Shown here in pieces: positions 63,294 through 64,000 of a DNA stretch of 64,000 nucleotides (position 1 is the stretch's first letter; every line of letters begins with the position of its first letter). The notes beneath the pieces were generated by a model that was not told where the DNA came from, made no database searches, and worked only from the letters and a program-made list of their open reading frames with translations. Location: assembly GCF_009914755.1 (NCBI RefSeq), contig NC_060929.1, one strand, 5' to 3'. Made by a program: the position numbers and the translations under genes. Source of the DNA: the human T2T-CHM13v2.0 reference genome, Homo sapiens.

Positions 63294-64000
63294 AACATAG
63301 GGAAATAAGTGGTTGAAGGTGAGGTTTTTGTTTTGTTTGTTTTTAATGCAGAAGACACTTGAATGTATTTTGAGTCTCATGGAAAGTATCTAGTTGAGAG
63401 AAAGGTTAAAGGTACAGAAGAGAAAGGTGTAATTTTCCAAAGGTAACAATTATTATTATTATTATCCTTTTTTTTTACAGATGAGGAGACTGAGAGGGTA
63501 AGTGATTAGTCCCAGGTGAAGAAGGCAGTGGAGCTCAGATTCCAATGTTGGCCTATTTGACTGCAGGCCAAGTTGCTAAAGGAGTTCTTTGTCCTTCTGC
63601 TGTACTCCCAACACAATGGCATCAATACCAAAAACACACCCAAGCTAATATCATAGATATCTCTTACTCACCTTCTAAACTCTCTACTCTTCCATCAGAC
63701 CCACATTTTCTTTATTGAACCACCTTATTAGCTTATTGTTAAGTCTGAGTGTATCATTTAGGGAAGAGACCTTCACTTATAGTTTAGGTTTCAATCCTCA
63801 GTACCATTTGTAGCCATTTGGCTTCTGCATAATTTCCTCTTTGAGACTCATCTGTCTAAAGATTTCACCTCTGCTTAGCCGCGCCTTTCCTTGAAATACT
63901 CTGCAGTTCCAGCAACTGACAGCTCGTGCGGGCAGCACTGAAAAATGGACCAACCCAATTGAAAGCTGAACTCTCTCCTGAATCTGGTTCTGGACTCTGA

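Overview
Human (primate) genomic DNA from the PDE4D locus, with the gene on the minus strand. The only coding feature I can support is the isoform-specific first coding exon of PDE4D4 (ATG at 13884, GT donor after 13430), inside a CpG island at about 13400-14500. Everything else is intronic or upstream, AT-rich and repeat-dense: Alu, L1, L2, MIR, MaLR/ERV1 LTRs, MER5/MER20/MER58 hAT elements, a MADE1 MITE, a tRNA-headed MamSINE1-like relic and microsatellites. The other ORFs in the track are repeat-derived or artefacts of base composition. I see no new gene system. The best unexplained structures are: (i) an inverted repeat that makes the PDE4D4 promoter mirror-symmetric; (ii) an inverted duplication inside an L1 (6 mismatches in 162 aligned bases) that copies the L1's own 5' junction and keeps 44 bp the original has lost; (iii) a three-copy dispersed ~90-bp repeat I cannot assign to a TE family; (iv) a fold-back around an AT microsatellite. 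Repeat subfamily names come from recalled consensus sequences, not a database search, and boundaries of old repeats are approximate.
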